Below are positions 46,501-60,326 of a stretch of DNA of 64,000 nt, one piece after another; position 1 is the first letter of the stretch, and every line of letters begins with the position of its first letter. The notes under the pieces were generated by a model. The model had not been told where the DNA came from. It searched no databases and was given only the letters and a program-made list of their open reading frames with translations. The stretch lies in assembly GCF_009914755.1 (NCBI RefSeq), contig NC_060937.1. One strand, 5' to 3'. The DNA comes from the human T2T-CHM13v2.0 reference genome, Homo sapiens. The position numbers and the translations under genes are program-made.

Positions 46501-47309
46501 TAATAAATAAAAGACAAAATTTATTCTTAATGTCAACTTTAGACAAAAACAACACTAAAAATATGTAAGGAAGATAATGTACCCCTACTCTCAAAAGCAA
46601 AAAAGACTGCTTGTATAAGAGAATTTGGGAACGTTGTGTACATTTTTGTCTTTGTTCCAGCATCTATAACCATGCCTGGCACATAGAACAAGCTCACTAA
46701 ATATTTAAAAATAAATTATGTAATCTCAAATCAGTTTACCAATATCCCTGGAAGAGTATCTGCTTGTGAGATAATTTAGCAAACTACTTCAAAAGCATAG
46801 AGCATTATCTTAGAGCAACATTTTACACAGAAGACGTTGGAGAAATATAACATGACATTGTAATATATATTACAATATAAAACACAAAATTTATACTAGT
46901 TTAAGATCAAATAAAGGTGACATCAGTTCATTTTATGTTGTTTGCAAATCCCTAGCTATGACTCCCATTGGCTATTATGTGCACAAAATACAGCAGCAGA
47001 AAGTCATTTTACCCTTATCAAAACTATCACAAAGAATAAATATGAACTATGTGCTTTGATGCAGTTCCAAAAATAGATCGATACATAGAACCTATGCAGA
47101 TATGGGAGGGGAAGAACATTGTCAGTACAATGGAAGCTCTACATCGGCCCCTCTGTGATCAAATCTCCCCTTTCCCTCAATGCCCACAACAGTAATAATA
47201 GTCCTCATGAATTTTTTCTTCTTACTGCTTTTGGTTTTTCATTGTTTATATTTGTCTAAATATGGAAAATATAGTTGTTTTATATGTTTTTGAAATGTAA
47301 TAAAAGGTA

Positions 47310-47996
47310 TATTATTAGTCAGGGTTCAGCAGGAGAGGGAAATTATACCACTAGTTTGAAGAGCTCTTGAAAATTAAAAGTCAGTTACTAAAAAGGTGCA
47401 AAAGAGAACTCTAAACAACACAGAGCAAATAGAACAGGTAGCTGTTACTTCTGGAGCTAAGGGAGACTGAAAAAGGAAGGACATTAGAATATGGAAGAGG
47501 AAACTCCCCCACCAAAAGCTGAGATTTATACTTCATTGGAGAAATGTGGCTGCCATAGATACATGCAGCCTACCAGAGGGAAAGCAGCATGAAAAATAAG
47601 AAGCTTACAGAGTGGCAGAACAACTCACAAAAAGGTGTCAGCAGAGCATGGCTAGTCTACAGAAAATGGCCCAATAATGGTGGGGATTCCCACTAGAGAG
47701 CACAGGAGAGGAAAAGCTCTCAATGAGGGACACTAAGGTGAGGACCACGGAAATCCAACATGCTGATCGCGGGCAGGCCCATCTTCAGAAAAAGCACTGG
47801 CACCAGGAAGAGAAGCTCCTTTGCTATTGCCACTGATCTTTGCTATTGCATCCTCTATTAACAAGCCTATGATTGTGCCAGCTGACAAAGGAGAAATGTT
47901 CACAAAGTGCAGCTCCAGTGTCAGGGAGTAGCTCCAGTACCAGGGTTAGAAAGCAGATTTGGGTTTGAGAATCAATACAACACACTGATATGGGCA
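47310..47996 (-). mobile_element. LTR41-like ERVL LTR inside an old L1ME 3' fragment (~47130-48170)
   Basis: attagtcagggttcag at one end; ccagctgacaaaggagaaatgt and gatttgggtttgaga at the other, matching recalled LTR41 in antisense. Confidence 0.65.
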
Positions 47997-48001
47997 ATAA
48001 C

Positions 48002-48064
48002 TGTACACTAGATGTACAACTTTACACTAGAGGTACACTAGTGTACAACAAATACACTAGATGT
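48002..48064. repeat. Patchwork of four tacactag repeats with a 14-bp perfect palindrome
   Basis: tacactag at 48004, 48023, 48034, 48053; gtacactagtgtac at 48033-48046. Confidence 0.85.
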
Positions 48065-48447
48065 ATTCTTATGAAACTACTGTGTGTACCCTATGTGTGA
48101 TATTCATCCCTCTGACATGGGTGGCCCTAAGCCACTTTTGCTGTTTTTCGGATTCTATTGTATGAATATATCTGTGTTTCATGAGGTTGCACATTCAATG
48201 TCACTGGAAGGCTCGCACCCCCTTCTTTAAGATACAGAAACATTTCTCTTTCTTACAATTAGACTTAATAAACTTAATACACTATATCCACTTAAATAAA
48301 TAAATAAATACACAAAATATTTGATAACCTCAGGTGTTACCTAAATGAGATCTTTTGCCTATGTTTATAAAAATAGCTACCATTTAATAAACATTCTGTA
48401 CTAAGAAACATAACAAGACACTCATTAATACATTTTTCTTACAAAAC

Positions 48448-48790
48448 TGGTATATTCTGAATGTTTGTGTCCCCCCAAAATTCATGTACTGAAACTTAAT
48501 CCCCATTGTGATAGTATTAAGAGATGGGAACTATGGGGGGCTTAGACCTCACAAATGGGATTAGTACCCTCATAAAAATTGCCTGAGTATGTTTGTTTGC
48601 CCTTCCATCAAGTGAGGACACAATATAAAGGTATCATCTATGAAAAAGCGGCCTAACCATACACTGAACCTGCCAGCACTTTGACTTTCGACTCCTCAGC
48701 TTTTAGAATTGTGAGACATAAGAGTTCCTGCTGTTTATAAAACACTCAGTTTATAGTATTTTGTCACAGCAGTGCACATGGACTAAGACA
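48448..48790 (+). mobile_element. MLT1A-type MaLR LTR inserted in a MIR (~48370-48960)
   Basis: ctgaatgtttgtgtccccccaaaattcatgt, gtgaggacaca, atggactaagaca; MIR-like antisense flanks. Confidence 0.88.
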
Positions 48791-49167
48791 ATAAATCTCA
48801 TAATAGTTTCAGTATTAACAATACTATATTATTCTATTTTATATATCAAGAAATTAAGAAACAGATTAACTCACTTTCCCAAGATGTCATAGCTAGTAAA
48901 TATGAAGAATATCATGAAAAGTATTTAGCTCACAAACTCATGTCTTTAATCATTTTGGCAAATTGCTTTCTTATATCACCCTTTGCAACAGGTGCTGACA
49001 TAATAATTTGACCCTTCACTGTCATGCTTTCCATCTTGGTACTATTAATAAAAGTACATATTTTTATTATATGACTAAGAAGATTTCTTTTAGTGGAAAT
49101 GTTAATCTATTTTCCTTATTTTTCATTTTTAATTTCTGTTTTGCCCATTTTTACTATTAATTGGTTC

Positions 49168-49386
49168 TTTTTGTTAGTTTGAGAGAGGGCCTCACTCAAC
49201 TCAGGCTGTAGTGCAGTGGTGCCATCATGGTTCATTTCAGCCTTGAACTCTTGGGCTCCAGCAGTGCTCCAGACTCAGCCTCCTGAGTAGCTATGATTAC
49301 AGAAATGTGCCACCACACCCAGCTATTTTTTCTTATTTTTTTTTAAATTTTTTTGTAGATACAGGGTCTCACTATTTGCCCAGGCA
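49168..49386 (-). mobile_element. AluJ, 5'-truncated
   Basis: Right monomer, linker and a short piece of the left monomer (acagggtctcactatttgcccaggc). Confidence 0.88.
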
Positions 49387-50162
49387 ATGATTTTAGTTTT
49401 GATTTTGAGAAAATTTTTCTGTTTTTTTCCCCTTTTTAAAATTATGCAATCATGTATTTGTGATTATTCCTCTCCTCCCTCAGTGCTTTGGAACTGTTAC
49501 ATAAAAACATTTGAAGTAGATTTGTATTGATCTAATTGAGAGTTTACAACAGCTATTTTCACAGTGCCTTTGTCAGTCTACACTTATTACCAATAATTAC
49601 CTTTTCTCATTTAAAAGAGAAACAAAACAACCGTAACAAAAACAACGGCTTAATATTCAGCATGTTTTCCTTAACAAATATATTTTACTTTGAGGCGAAC
49701 AGAGTTTCATTCTTGTTAAATTTGCTTAGTAGTGTATAGCAATTTAATGTAGACCGATTACTTATATTAAAAGAAACCAAATATTCTAAAATATACTAAT
49801 TTTAAGTGTTTGTTATTATATTCACATTATTCATCAGAACAACAAAGTTTTTAAATGTAATTAAAATATTCTAAGTAATGAAAATGTCTCAAGAAATAAA
49901 TTAATGCTGCTATAAGGTTTAAAATAATCGTATTATTTAAGCACTGGCCATTGTTATTTAAAATATTACATAATTAAAGGTCTGTACATTTTTGTTGTTG
50001 TTCATAGCTTGAGTTAAGGCTTGACTCAAGAGCAAGATTACTATCATGTATATAGTTTTTATCTAATCACCAGTTTTGTCACCATTTTGATTCGCTCATC
50101 AATGTCAAATAGTGACTAATTTGAAATAGAATAACCAGTAGGGAATTTCTCCCTTCTCGAGA

Positions 50163-50481
50163 CCAAGAGTTTTCAAGTCTTTCTTACGTGACTAGATAGA
50201 AAACAAAGTCGACTTTGTAGCCCATAGGGTTTCTGGTCTCAATACCTCTGCCACAGTGTGAAAATAGCCATAAATAATACATGAATGAATAAGTAAGGTT
50301 GTCTTCCAATAGAAATTTATTTATGGACAACAAAGTTCTAATTTTATAGAAATTTTATATGTCATGGGATATTATTCTTTTAATTTTTGAAAAAATATAA
50401 TAAACACTCTGCTCTTGGATCATACAAAATCAGGCAAACTGTATCTAGTTTGGTTGTGGGCAGTAGTTTCCTGACCACTGC
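50163..50481. mobile_element. MER58B-like hAT MITE
   Basis: gtgtgaaaatagccataaataatac, ttccaatagaaatttatttatggaca, gtgggcagtagtttcctgaccactg. Confidence 0.75.
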
Positions 50482-51987
50482 CTTAGATAAATAGAAAAAA
50501 CTTGTTTTTTGTTTTTTATTTTTTCCTCTCCAAGCCAGTATAGGATATTTCTTGAGTGGAAGGTCATTGCATTAAAAACAATCATAACATTTTAGAATTA
50601 AAGACACTTATGCAAAGATGTAAGTATTCAGCTCACTGAAGACACTTTGCCCCAGTTCAGGATGTGATACTAATTAGGAAGCACTTCAAATTAAGAATTT
50701 CTATTCCACATTAGTACTAAGATTTTTCCTGAAGAGAAGCCAAACTATTCTCACGAAACTCTCTGAAGAAATAGCCTTCAATGTAATCTGACTCGTTTTT
50801 TCTTTGAAAGTAAAATGGATTATTCTTCAGCTTTCACCGTTTACGGCTAATTGCCATTTGATGTTCAGATGTTTTATACTACGTGTCTTAGAATCCATTA
50901 TATTTTAAATGTAATAAGACATCAGAATATCTTATTATATAAGTTTCAGGTAAGTTGGCTTTTGAAGGATAATCGTGGTTTTGTATTTGACTCTCGCTTC
51001 AAGAATTCCTTTTAGAATATAAATTTCAGTTTGCTCTTTCCAAGTTAGGGTTAATTTTAAGACCATTTATTTGAAGGTGCCCTTTTGTTCAGTTTTGAAC
51101 TCCGGCTAATAAAAGGTATTTTACTTTATAAAAATTCCCCTTAATAGTTTAGCTACTGGGAGAAACAGAATAGAATATGTTAGTTTAAGAATTAACACAA
51201 GATATATGGAATACCTGTCATTTTTATTTCATAAATTGTCCATTTATTCATAAAGATGCTACTATCAGCCTTATTAACTTGCTGCAAATTAGACAAATTA
51301 CAGGACGTTCTAGTGCCCTTCCAGACATCCTACTTTGTATCATCATGCCTTGGGGACTGTGAAGTTATTAACAACTTAAACTTCATCTTCTCAGAGCCAG
51401 TTTATACCTAATTATAACAAAACATGCTCAATTCCCTATCTGAACTTACCATCAATATTGTTAATAGACCTGTTACTTTTTACTTCACTAAGTAGAGAAT
51501 TTCTAATATATAAAAGATGAACTTCCCGTTTATTTCCAAACAATGGCTTAAATTTACCTTGTCTTCAAGAATTATAGAATCAGTCAATAAAAGCCTTTTT
51601 AGCTTTACAGAATAAAAATTATTGTATGGCAAAAATTCTAAAATCTGTTTTTTAAGAAATAATGCAAAATAATACCTTTTTTTCTTATCTTGTGACTGCT
51701 GTAGTTCAGGAGTTTCAGCAGCCATTTAAACAATTTATTCAAAAGTGTTTTCTATAATCCATTAATAATTTGTCTCTGATTTTAGAAAGAAATAAAAACT
51801 TGTGATAAGTCTTAAATGTTTAACAGTCAATATTTATAGAATTCAGTCTACCTTACTTTTAGTACTTTTTTTTTTCTATTCTATGGCATTACAGTATCAA
51901 ATTTATCACATCTTTAAGTGCGATCTTACATTTGCTCTATATGTGCATTTAGAAAAAAATTATTTTCTTTCAAATGTAAGTGACAAT

Positions 51988-52150
51988 AGCTAGGCACAGT
52001 GGGTAGCGTCTATAATCCCAGGGACTCAGGAGGCTGAGGCGGAAGGATGGCTTGAGCCCAAGAGTTCAAAGTTGCAGTGAGCTTCCATTGTGCCAGTGCA
52101 CTCCTGAGTAAGCCTGAGTAAGAAAGTGTGACCCCATCTCTAAAAAAATA
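51988..52150 (+). mobile_element. Alu right monomer (FRAM/AluJ-like)
   Basis: Single monomer gcttgagcccaagagttcaaagttgcagtgagc; internal cctgagtaag x2; taagtga on both flanks. Confidence 0.85.
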
Positions 52151-52534
52151 ATAAGTGAGACTATTTAGAGAAACAATGCAGAAGAGAATAATATTGTTTC
52201 CATATTCACTCCTTGTTTCCTAAGTTTATCATTTAATGCAAATAGATAGAAATAATAGAAGTAGGATCTCCGTGGATGTAAGGCAAACACAGGCTTTTTC
52301 CACAAAACGTAGAGCAAATTAAGGGTATATTTAATTGAATTACAAAAGAGTTGGCTTGTAAGAAGATCTTGTGTACAGATGTAGTCAATATAGCAACTGT
52401 GGAGTGATTTTGGAGTATGTCAAAAAGTCAGCTAATTTCAAAGAATATTTACTCGATGTATTATTTCCACTTGATTGCAGAACACATAAAACATAACCAC
52501 TCTTTCTCTTGTCACTTTGCTTGTTCCTTCTCTT

Positions 52535-53590
52535 TAGGTCGGAGTGCCAGGAACTCAGCCCATGGATCTTTTCACTTTATATTTGTTTCCTGGTGATCCT
52601 ATTTAATCTCTGTCGTGTAAATGAGACTTCTGTCATTATATATCTGACCCCAAATCTTCTCCTAAACATTGTCTTTAAGTTATATCCAAATTCGTTCTTG
52701 ATATCCCCACTTGAGTGGAAAACTTGAGTTGATGAATTTGAATTGTACAATGTGAACTACTGATCTTTCCCTCCCTAAACATGTTCCAACTACAACCTTC
52801 CCCATCTCGAATGATAGCTTCTCTATCTTTCAAAATGTTCAGGCCAAAAATATTGAAACTGTACCTTTTTTATTCTAGCACACCGCATGTACATTTTACA
52901 TAAAGACATCTAGCTAATATGGTCTAAAACAATATATCCATAATCAAAGCACTCCCTGATCCCCCTCTTCCCATAATCAACATCCTAGTTCAAGCTGCCA
53001 TTATCTTTTACTGGATTAGAGCGATAGCTCAATAGTCTTTCAATACATCTCTCTGCTAATGTACTCGTCATTTTAAAATCTTTTTTTCAACATAGGTGAT
53101 ACAGAAACCTCTTAAAATGTAAATAATATTCGTTTTATTCTCAAAATTCCTCACTGGTTCCCAGTTCACTTAGTATAAAGCTAGAGTTATTAGAAAGTCC
53201 TGCAAAACTCAACTTACTCTGACTGTCACCTGCTTGTCTGATCTTTCTCAACGCTCCTCTCATAAGTCCGCTTTGCTACATTAGTCTCTTTGTTGTTCTT
53301 CAAACACCATAGGGATGCTCAATCCTTATGGCCTTTGCACTGTTTTATTTTTCCCATAACATTGTGGCTACCTCCCTTAGCTCTATAATGTCGTTTTTTA
53401 AATGTCACTTTTGAAATGAGGCCTGCTCTAACTACCCTATTTAAAATTAATATCTATACTCCCATTCTGCTGAATATACTCTGTTTTTTCTTTTATTTTA
53501 TGATACTTTATGCCTTCTTCTATAATACATAATTTACTTATTTTATGTATATTATTTATATTGTTCTCCTGCAGCTATAAAAGCACTATT
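52535..53590 (+). mobile_element. L2a fragment
   Basis: ccttccccatctc, gttcaggccaaaaa, ctagttcaagctgccattatct, ggcctttgcactg, actaccctatttaaaatt. Confidence 0.8.
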
Positions 53591-53649
53591 TCTTATACAC
53601 TGTAGGCTCTCCATTTATAAATGGAAATTGTAGAAATTTCAATATTAAA

Positions 53650-54980
53650 GAGAGAGAATTCAAAGTTACCAAAATGCGATTTACAATCTCAACGGCGTAT
53701 TACCTAACATAAAAGACAGAGAGACAAGCAAGCAGACCGCTGTAATTCAGAATGACAAATATTTCAGAATAAATATTTATATGCCACTACATATTCAGAG
53801 AAGAAACATTTGGGGCCATGGGCTGAGGATAGTCAGTTTCTTCCTCAAAAGCAATGTCTGAACAGTGCATTTTAATAATTATTAGGAAGTACCAGATTAA
53901 TAAAATATGAAAAGTGAGAAGAAGTGCCATGGACTAATATAGATCCTAGAACACCACATGTAACTTCAGTGTCCTATAATCCTATCCTAGCATGGAGTTG
54001 GAAATTTAGGAAGCTCATTTATCAAGATTTTAAGGATGTTGTTACAGAACTCTGAAGATTTTAATGGAGACATCACATAACTAAGTGGTTACTAGAGCTG
54101 GAAAGGTGAGAAAAATGGATTATGAAGTGCATTGTAGGTAATGCTGAAGAATACCTATTTATTCTTTAAAAAGAATGGGGGTCATATGTGTGTTTAGAAA
54201 GGGGTCTGATTATACTTTGGCACCTATCAACCTACCTATTTCTCTCTCTCTTCTTTTGTCCATCTAATCATCTACCTACATCCATCTACCTATCTATCTA
54301 ATTCCTAGTGTTCATAAAAACATTGCACTGATGAGAGATAAGCTAGAAATGGGAATACTAATTGCTAGGCTATTGGAAAATTACAAATGAACCAAGGTAG
54401 TGATATAAAGTAGAAATACATTTGGTTAAAGATTGCTAATTATTGCATCACATAAAATCAGCATTTACAGTGTCACAGAGTGGGACAAAAAATGTAGTGT
54501 CTGAGTGCACAGCCATTTTTAAGTAAGAATGTTACCCTTTGAAGACAAGAATCTTTGGTGGCCAGATAGCTATCTTTGCAATAATCATGAATTTAAAAAA
54601 GAACTATGGTGCACAAGATTAGCTAAATTTGGCAATCAGTTGAATATAAAACTAGCCAAAATGGAGGAAAGTAGAAAAATGCCCCAAATTATTGGTGTTA
54701 ACAGTTAAATCACAGATGCTTTAAATAAAATGCAAAAATAAGCAGAGAAGTAGTTTTAGAGAGAGATGATGATGCATTTGAGGATTTGGGTAACAACCAA
54801 AAGAAAATCCACAACATAAGTTTGTCAGACAATTTCAAAGCATTGGTGTATTTTGGAATAGAAAAATAGAAAAAGAAATAATGAGCTCACAAAGACTATA
54901 GATATAAGCAAAAAATACATAAGATTGACCAAATAAAGCATGAAAAGTGAAAAAAGCAAGGCTAGTTCAGAATTCTGAAA
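53650..54980 (-). mobile_element. Fragmented L2 relics with interspersed low-complexity sequence
   Basis: Purine-rich blocks resembling antisense L2 (tggattatgaagtgcattgtaggtaatgctgaaga, ctaggctattggaaaattaca). Confidence 0.4.
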
Positions 54981-55029
54981 TAAAATATTTAAATACAGAG
55001 GCAAAGGATATAATCATAACAACAAAAAG

Positions 55030-55190
55030 TTTCCTGTTGATAACCTAATGTGTCATACATTAAAAAGTGTTTTAGCTATCATCTTACTTACTATAATCTT
55101 CACATTTCACAGATGGGGAAACTGAGCCTGGAAGATGGCATAGCCTTCTTAGGTTATATATCCAGAAAAAGGTTGAGCTACTTTTTTTCT
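55030..55190 (-). mobile_element. MIR
   Basis: catttcacagatggggaaactgagcctggaag core. Confidence 0.7.
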
Positions 55191-55639
55191 TTGTATTGAT
55201 AGTAGTAGGATAGTTGTATCTGGCTTTAAATTATTTTTTATTTGTTCATATTTAAAATTGTGTCTTATAAATAATGGTATGGCTGCCACTTAAGGAACTA
55301 AGCCATGGCTTGAGAATTAGGAAGAAGGAGCAAGAGGACATTATTAAGATGAGCAGGAAGGCAACATATACTGTGTAGCTAAGAAGTCTGGAAATACAAG
55401 CCAGAAAAGAAAAATGCCTCTTGGTATTGAGAAGCAAAAAAAGAGTGGTTTTAGAACTGTTTCCGAATTATTTTTTATTTTCCAGTTTTCAATATTCTTG
55501 CCATTAAAATCCCGCCATCAGGTCAAATTTCTTTCTTCAAGACTACAAATAGAATTCAGTCATGATATGCGGAAGTGAGAGGATTATCTTGGATTATTGC
55601 TTTTCATTATTTAACAGATGGAAAACTGTGCCAGAACAA

Positions 55640-55770
55640 TTACAATGGTGTTATAATAAATAGAGAATTTGGGCAAAAATATCTTGGTTTTAGCGCTAGC
55701 TTTGCTGTATAATAATGATGGGACTCAAGAAAGATGGTTTAATCTCTCTAATATTCAGTTTTCTTTTAGA
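55640..55770 (+). mobile_element. MIR relic
   Basis: cttggttttagcgctagctttgct...tttaatctctctaatattcagttttctt. Confidence 0.5.
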
Positions 55771-56989
55771 ACTCAGTTTGGTTGCCAACTCAGGCAGAAA
55801 ATCAAGTTTTAACTCTCATAAACTGAGATTATTTCCTATCCCATTCTACTTGGCTTTCGTATCTTCCTGTGCATACTTCTATTTTTTTACTTAGCACGTT
55901 AAATTAGAATTATCATTTTTTGTCCCTTTCTCAAGATTCTAAGCTTGTTTAGGACAGGCCTAAGATTTGGTTGTGCTTATCTCTAGTGTGCAACACAGTA
56001 TTTGGCATATATGACACTCCCAAAAATGACAGTTTTACTGAAATAGTCTGTAAATGGGCACTGAGGCATGCTTATGTCATATGGTGTTTTGAAAGATAAA
56101 CTTAATTTACCTATGAACAATTGTAAATAATTATTGCTCAAGGCACTAAACTGATGTTCCAGCTCTTCAGAAAATTAACAACTTAGTGTGAGAGATATAA
56201 CCTGAAAATTTTGCATTAACAATATTACAATAAGAAAGAATATCTGAAAGAGCTACATATAATGTGTATATTTGGGGCATGGGGAATAGTGTGAGGAGAG
56301 CAAGTAATTTCACTTGACTCTTGAAAAGTATGTATTAGTAAAAGAAGCAAAAATTAGAAAGTTTTGTTGGAACACCACAGTGAAGGATGCAGAATATTAA
56401 GACTTGGAGCTTTCATTCTGCCCTATAGAAAAGTGAAATTATAAGAAAACAGCCACAAATGCACAAAATGAATTAAGAAAGGAAAACTGGAGAGAAGCCA
56501 AATGCAATGTAACAGTAACATTAAGCTGGCAGTTCTAAATTCTGTGTGTGTGTTTGTGTGTGTTTATTAGTTGGAAAGTGGATGTGAAATAAATGTTAAT
56601 TAAACATAGATTAATAATAATTTTAAATAATCTGTTTTCATTTTTCAAAGCTTAATATATTTGTCATAATTTCTATAATAATATCACAATCCCTGCCATG
56701 ATGATACAGATTTTTGTTTGAAAATGGGACAAATATAAAGCTAAACAATCATTTATTTTGTTAATAAAACAGGTTTCCACTTACCTATCATTAGTATTTT
56801 TGGTAGTCAGTTATAATATTGTCTATCTATATCTGTTTTAATTTTTGTCACACATTAAGATGATTATAGATGTATGTCTCATATGTAAATATCATTAGGT
56901 CTAACTTTTAATGTGCAGAAAACACTTTTGAATTCCAGTCTACATTTTCAAAGAAGTGAAAAGCTGAACTAAGAAAGTGGCTATAGAAA

Positions 56990-57600
56990 AGAAGAGGCAG
57001 AAATAAGAAGCACTGCAGATGTAGAAGAGGGAAAGCTAAATAATTGATTGGATGTGAGGAAAAAGTGAAAAGGAAAACGCAAGACTACTTGAAGGTTTTG
57101 AGCCTGAGCGATAGTGCTTCCATAGAGAGAAAGAGAAAACATTATAGAAAGAATTGGTTTAGGGATAAAAATTATGAGTTTACTGTAGATATACTGAGTT
57201 TGACAAAGCTTTAAAAATATATAAATTAACTGCTGTTCACGTAGTTGGGAATGTAGTTAGGATATTAGGAATGTTTCTATATGAGCATGAAATGTGTGAG
57301 CCACAAGCTTAAAAGCCACAGTACTAATTGGGACTTTTTAGTCAGTCAGTGTAGAAGGAAATTTTTTACAAAAAGAGGAGTGAATAACAGCTAGTGGCTG
57401 TAATTAAAGGTAAAAAGAAGAAGTAAGCATAAAAATATCAGCCAGGTGTGTAAAATGAGAAGAGTGTAATCCCAGTCAATGAAAGTGGAAAAGATTTAAA
57501 AGGAGAGGAATGTCAAGAAATTCAATCTTAAGATCATTGGGTTTATTGACACATAATTCATTGCTGACATTTTTAGGAATACAATAAATAGAATATTCAA
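56990..57600 (-). mobile_element. L2 relic
   Basis: taattgattggatgtgagg, aaggttttgagcctgagc, gatatactgagtttga. Confidence 0.55.
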
Positions 57601-57606
57601 GGAGGG

Positions 57607-57914
<308 letters not shown>

Positions 57915-58202
57915 TCAAGAAAAAAGAATTGATTAGATATTGATTACATTGGGATTAGCTGAGAATATAGTTATAATTAATATTTTAAGATTTAAGTAAA
58001 AGATATTGAAAATCTCTTCACTAATGTAAGGTTAAATATCAAATGTTCCAAAGCAGAAAAGTGGCTACTCTGTCTCTTCCTCCCCCTTTCTCTCTTGCTA
58101 TGTGTGTGTGTGTATATATATATGCAGTTATATACATACATATACATGTATATACACTCATACATATATGTATACATATATGTGTATATATGCAAACATG
58201 TT

Positions 58203-58780
58203 TGTATAGATACGTATACATATATGTATATGTATTGTATAGATACATATACATATATGTATATGTATTGTATAGATACATATACATATATGTATATGTA
58301 TTGTATAGATACATATACATATATGTATATGTATTGTATAGATACATATACATATATGTATATGTATTGTATAGATACATATACATATATGTATATGTAT
58401 TGTATAGATACATATACATATATGTATATGTATTGTATAGATACATATACATATATGTATATGTATTGTATAGATACATATACATATATGTATATGTATT
58501 GTATAGATACATATACATATATGTATATGTATTGTATAGATACATATACATATATGTATATGTATTGTATAGATACATATACATATATGTATATGTATTG
58601 TATAGATACATATACATATATGTATATGTATTGTATAGATACATATACATATATGTATATGTATTGTATAGATACATGTATTGTATAGATACATATACAT
58701 ATATGTATATGTATTGTATAGATACATGTATTGTATAGATACATATACATATATGTATATGTATTGTATAGATACATATA
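58203..58780. repeat. AT-rich minisatellite, 33-bp unit tgtatag+atacatatacatatatgtatatgtat, embedded in TA/TG/CA low complexity (58080-58830)
   Basis: 14 tandem units at 58203-58664, then (17-bp short unit + 33-bp unit) x2, then a partial unit. Confidence 0.97.
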
Positions 58781-58829
58781 CATACATATATGTGTATATA
58801 TGCATATACCTTATATAGATATACATATA

Positions 58830-59153
58830 TGGTAATGTATCGCATAATAACCTTCCATCAATGAGGGACTGCATATATATACAAAGGCATCCCATAAAGT
58901 TATAATACAGTGTTTTATATTATACTATATTATACTTTTCTATGTTCAGATACACAAATACTTACAATTTCTCTACAATTGCTTACAGTATTCAGTACAG
59001 TAACATCCTGTACAGGTTTGTAACCTAGAAGTATTGGCTATATCATATAGCCTAGGCATGTGTCAGGATATATCATCTAGGTTTGTGTAAGCACACTCTA
59101 TAATGTTCCCATAACTCAGTGTATCCCCGTCATGAAGTGAAGCATAAATCTGT
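58830..59153 (+). mobile_element. Tigger3a/MER7-like MITE
   Basis: ttcagatacacaaatacttac, acagtattcagtacagtaacatcctgtacaggtttgta, atctaggtttgtgtaag, tatccccgtc. Confidence 0.85.
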
Positions 59154-59259
59154 GTATGTGTGTGTGTCTATAAAGCCATTTCTGAAAGAACATATATATG
59201 TGTGTGTATATATATATATTGGTGATTATCATTGATGATATGTGATAACAGAGATCATA

Positions 59260-59434
59260 GGCATGGACAGCAAACTTTTTCTTTAATGAAAAACATAATA
59301 AAATTTTAGGCTTTGTGGGTGTCTGGGTTTTTTGTTGTTGTTGTTGTTGTTTTTCTGTTGGTTTGATTGGCTTTAAGATTATTTTAAAATGTAAAAGCCA
59401 TTTTCACTTCCAGGCTGTAGTTTGCCAACCCCTG
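59260..59434. mobile_element. MER58-like MITE, internally deleted
   Basis: cagcaaactttttct...attttaggctttgtggg and ggctgtagtttgccaacccctg termini. Confidence 0.7.
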
Positions 59435-60014
59435 GTATAAACTATTAACTTGGAAAATAGCCAAGTAAAATCATTATGATATGTTACTATAACACTGCTT
59501 TTAAAATGTGTATGTGAGTTTGAATGTGTGTATGTATGTGTGTGTGTTCACTTTTTTGCCTGGAAGATTAAAACTCTGTGTTGTGATTGCAGTGAGTTTC
59601 TTATTGATATTTACACTTTTTTTCTGTTTTCTCCAATTTTTTTTCCGTGGATGACATGTTTCAGTGAATGCAGACTAATTTGAGTTCGGCAGGGCCGTAT
59701 CTCCAGTGCAAAGCATAATATCTAGCCCATATTGGTTAGATTCCTAGGATCAGCTGTACGTTAAATCTTTCTTCTTGGATAGATATAAGACAAATTAACA
59801 TGTGAAAGATTCTGAGAATTTCTCAAAACAGATCATTCTTTCCTGTTTATTAAATGAATAAAATTATTTTTATAAGAAAATCTATTTTAAAATTAGTATA
59901 CTAATTTTCATTCTTCAAATGATTTTCCCCTAACATTAATTTAAAACAATTTCTTATGATATTCTTACATGTTTTATAATATATGAGTATTATCTCTACA
60001 GATATGAAGAAATC

Positions 60015-60326
<312 letters not shown>

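Noticed and set aside
57992-58895. Five long ORFs (197-268 aa)
   Set aside because: They are translations of the 33-bp minisatellite, whose length is a multiple of 3 and is stop-free in several frames.
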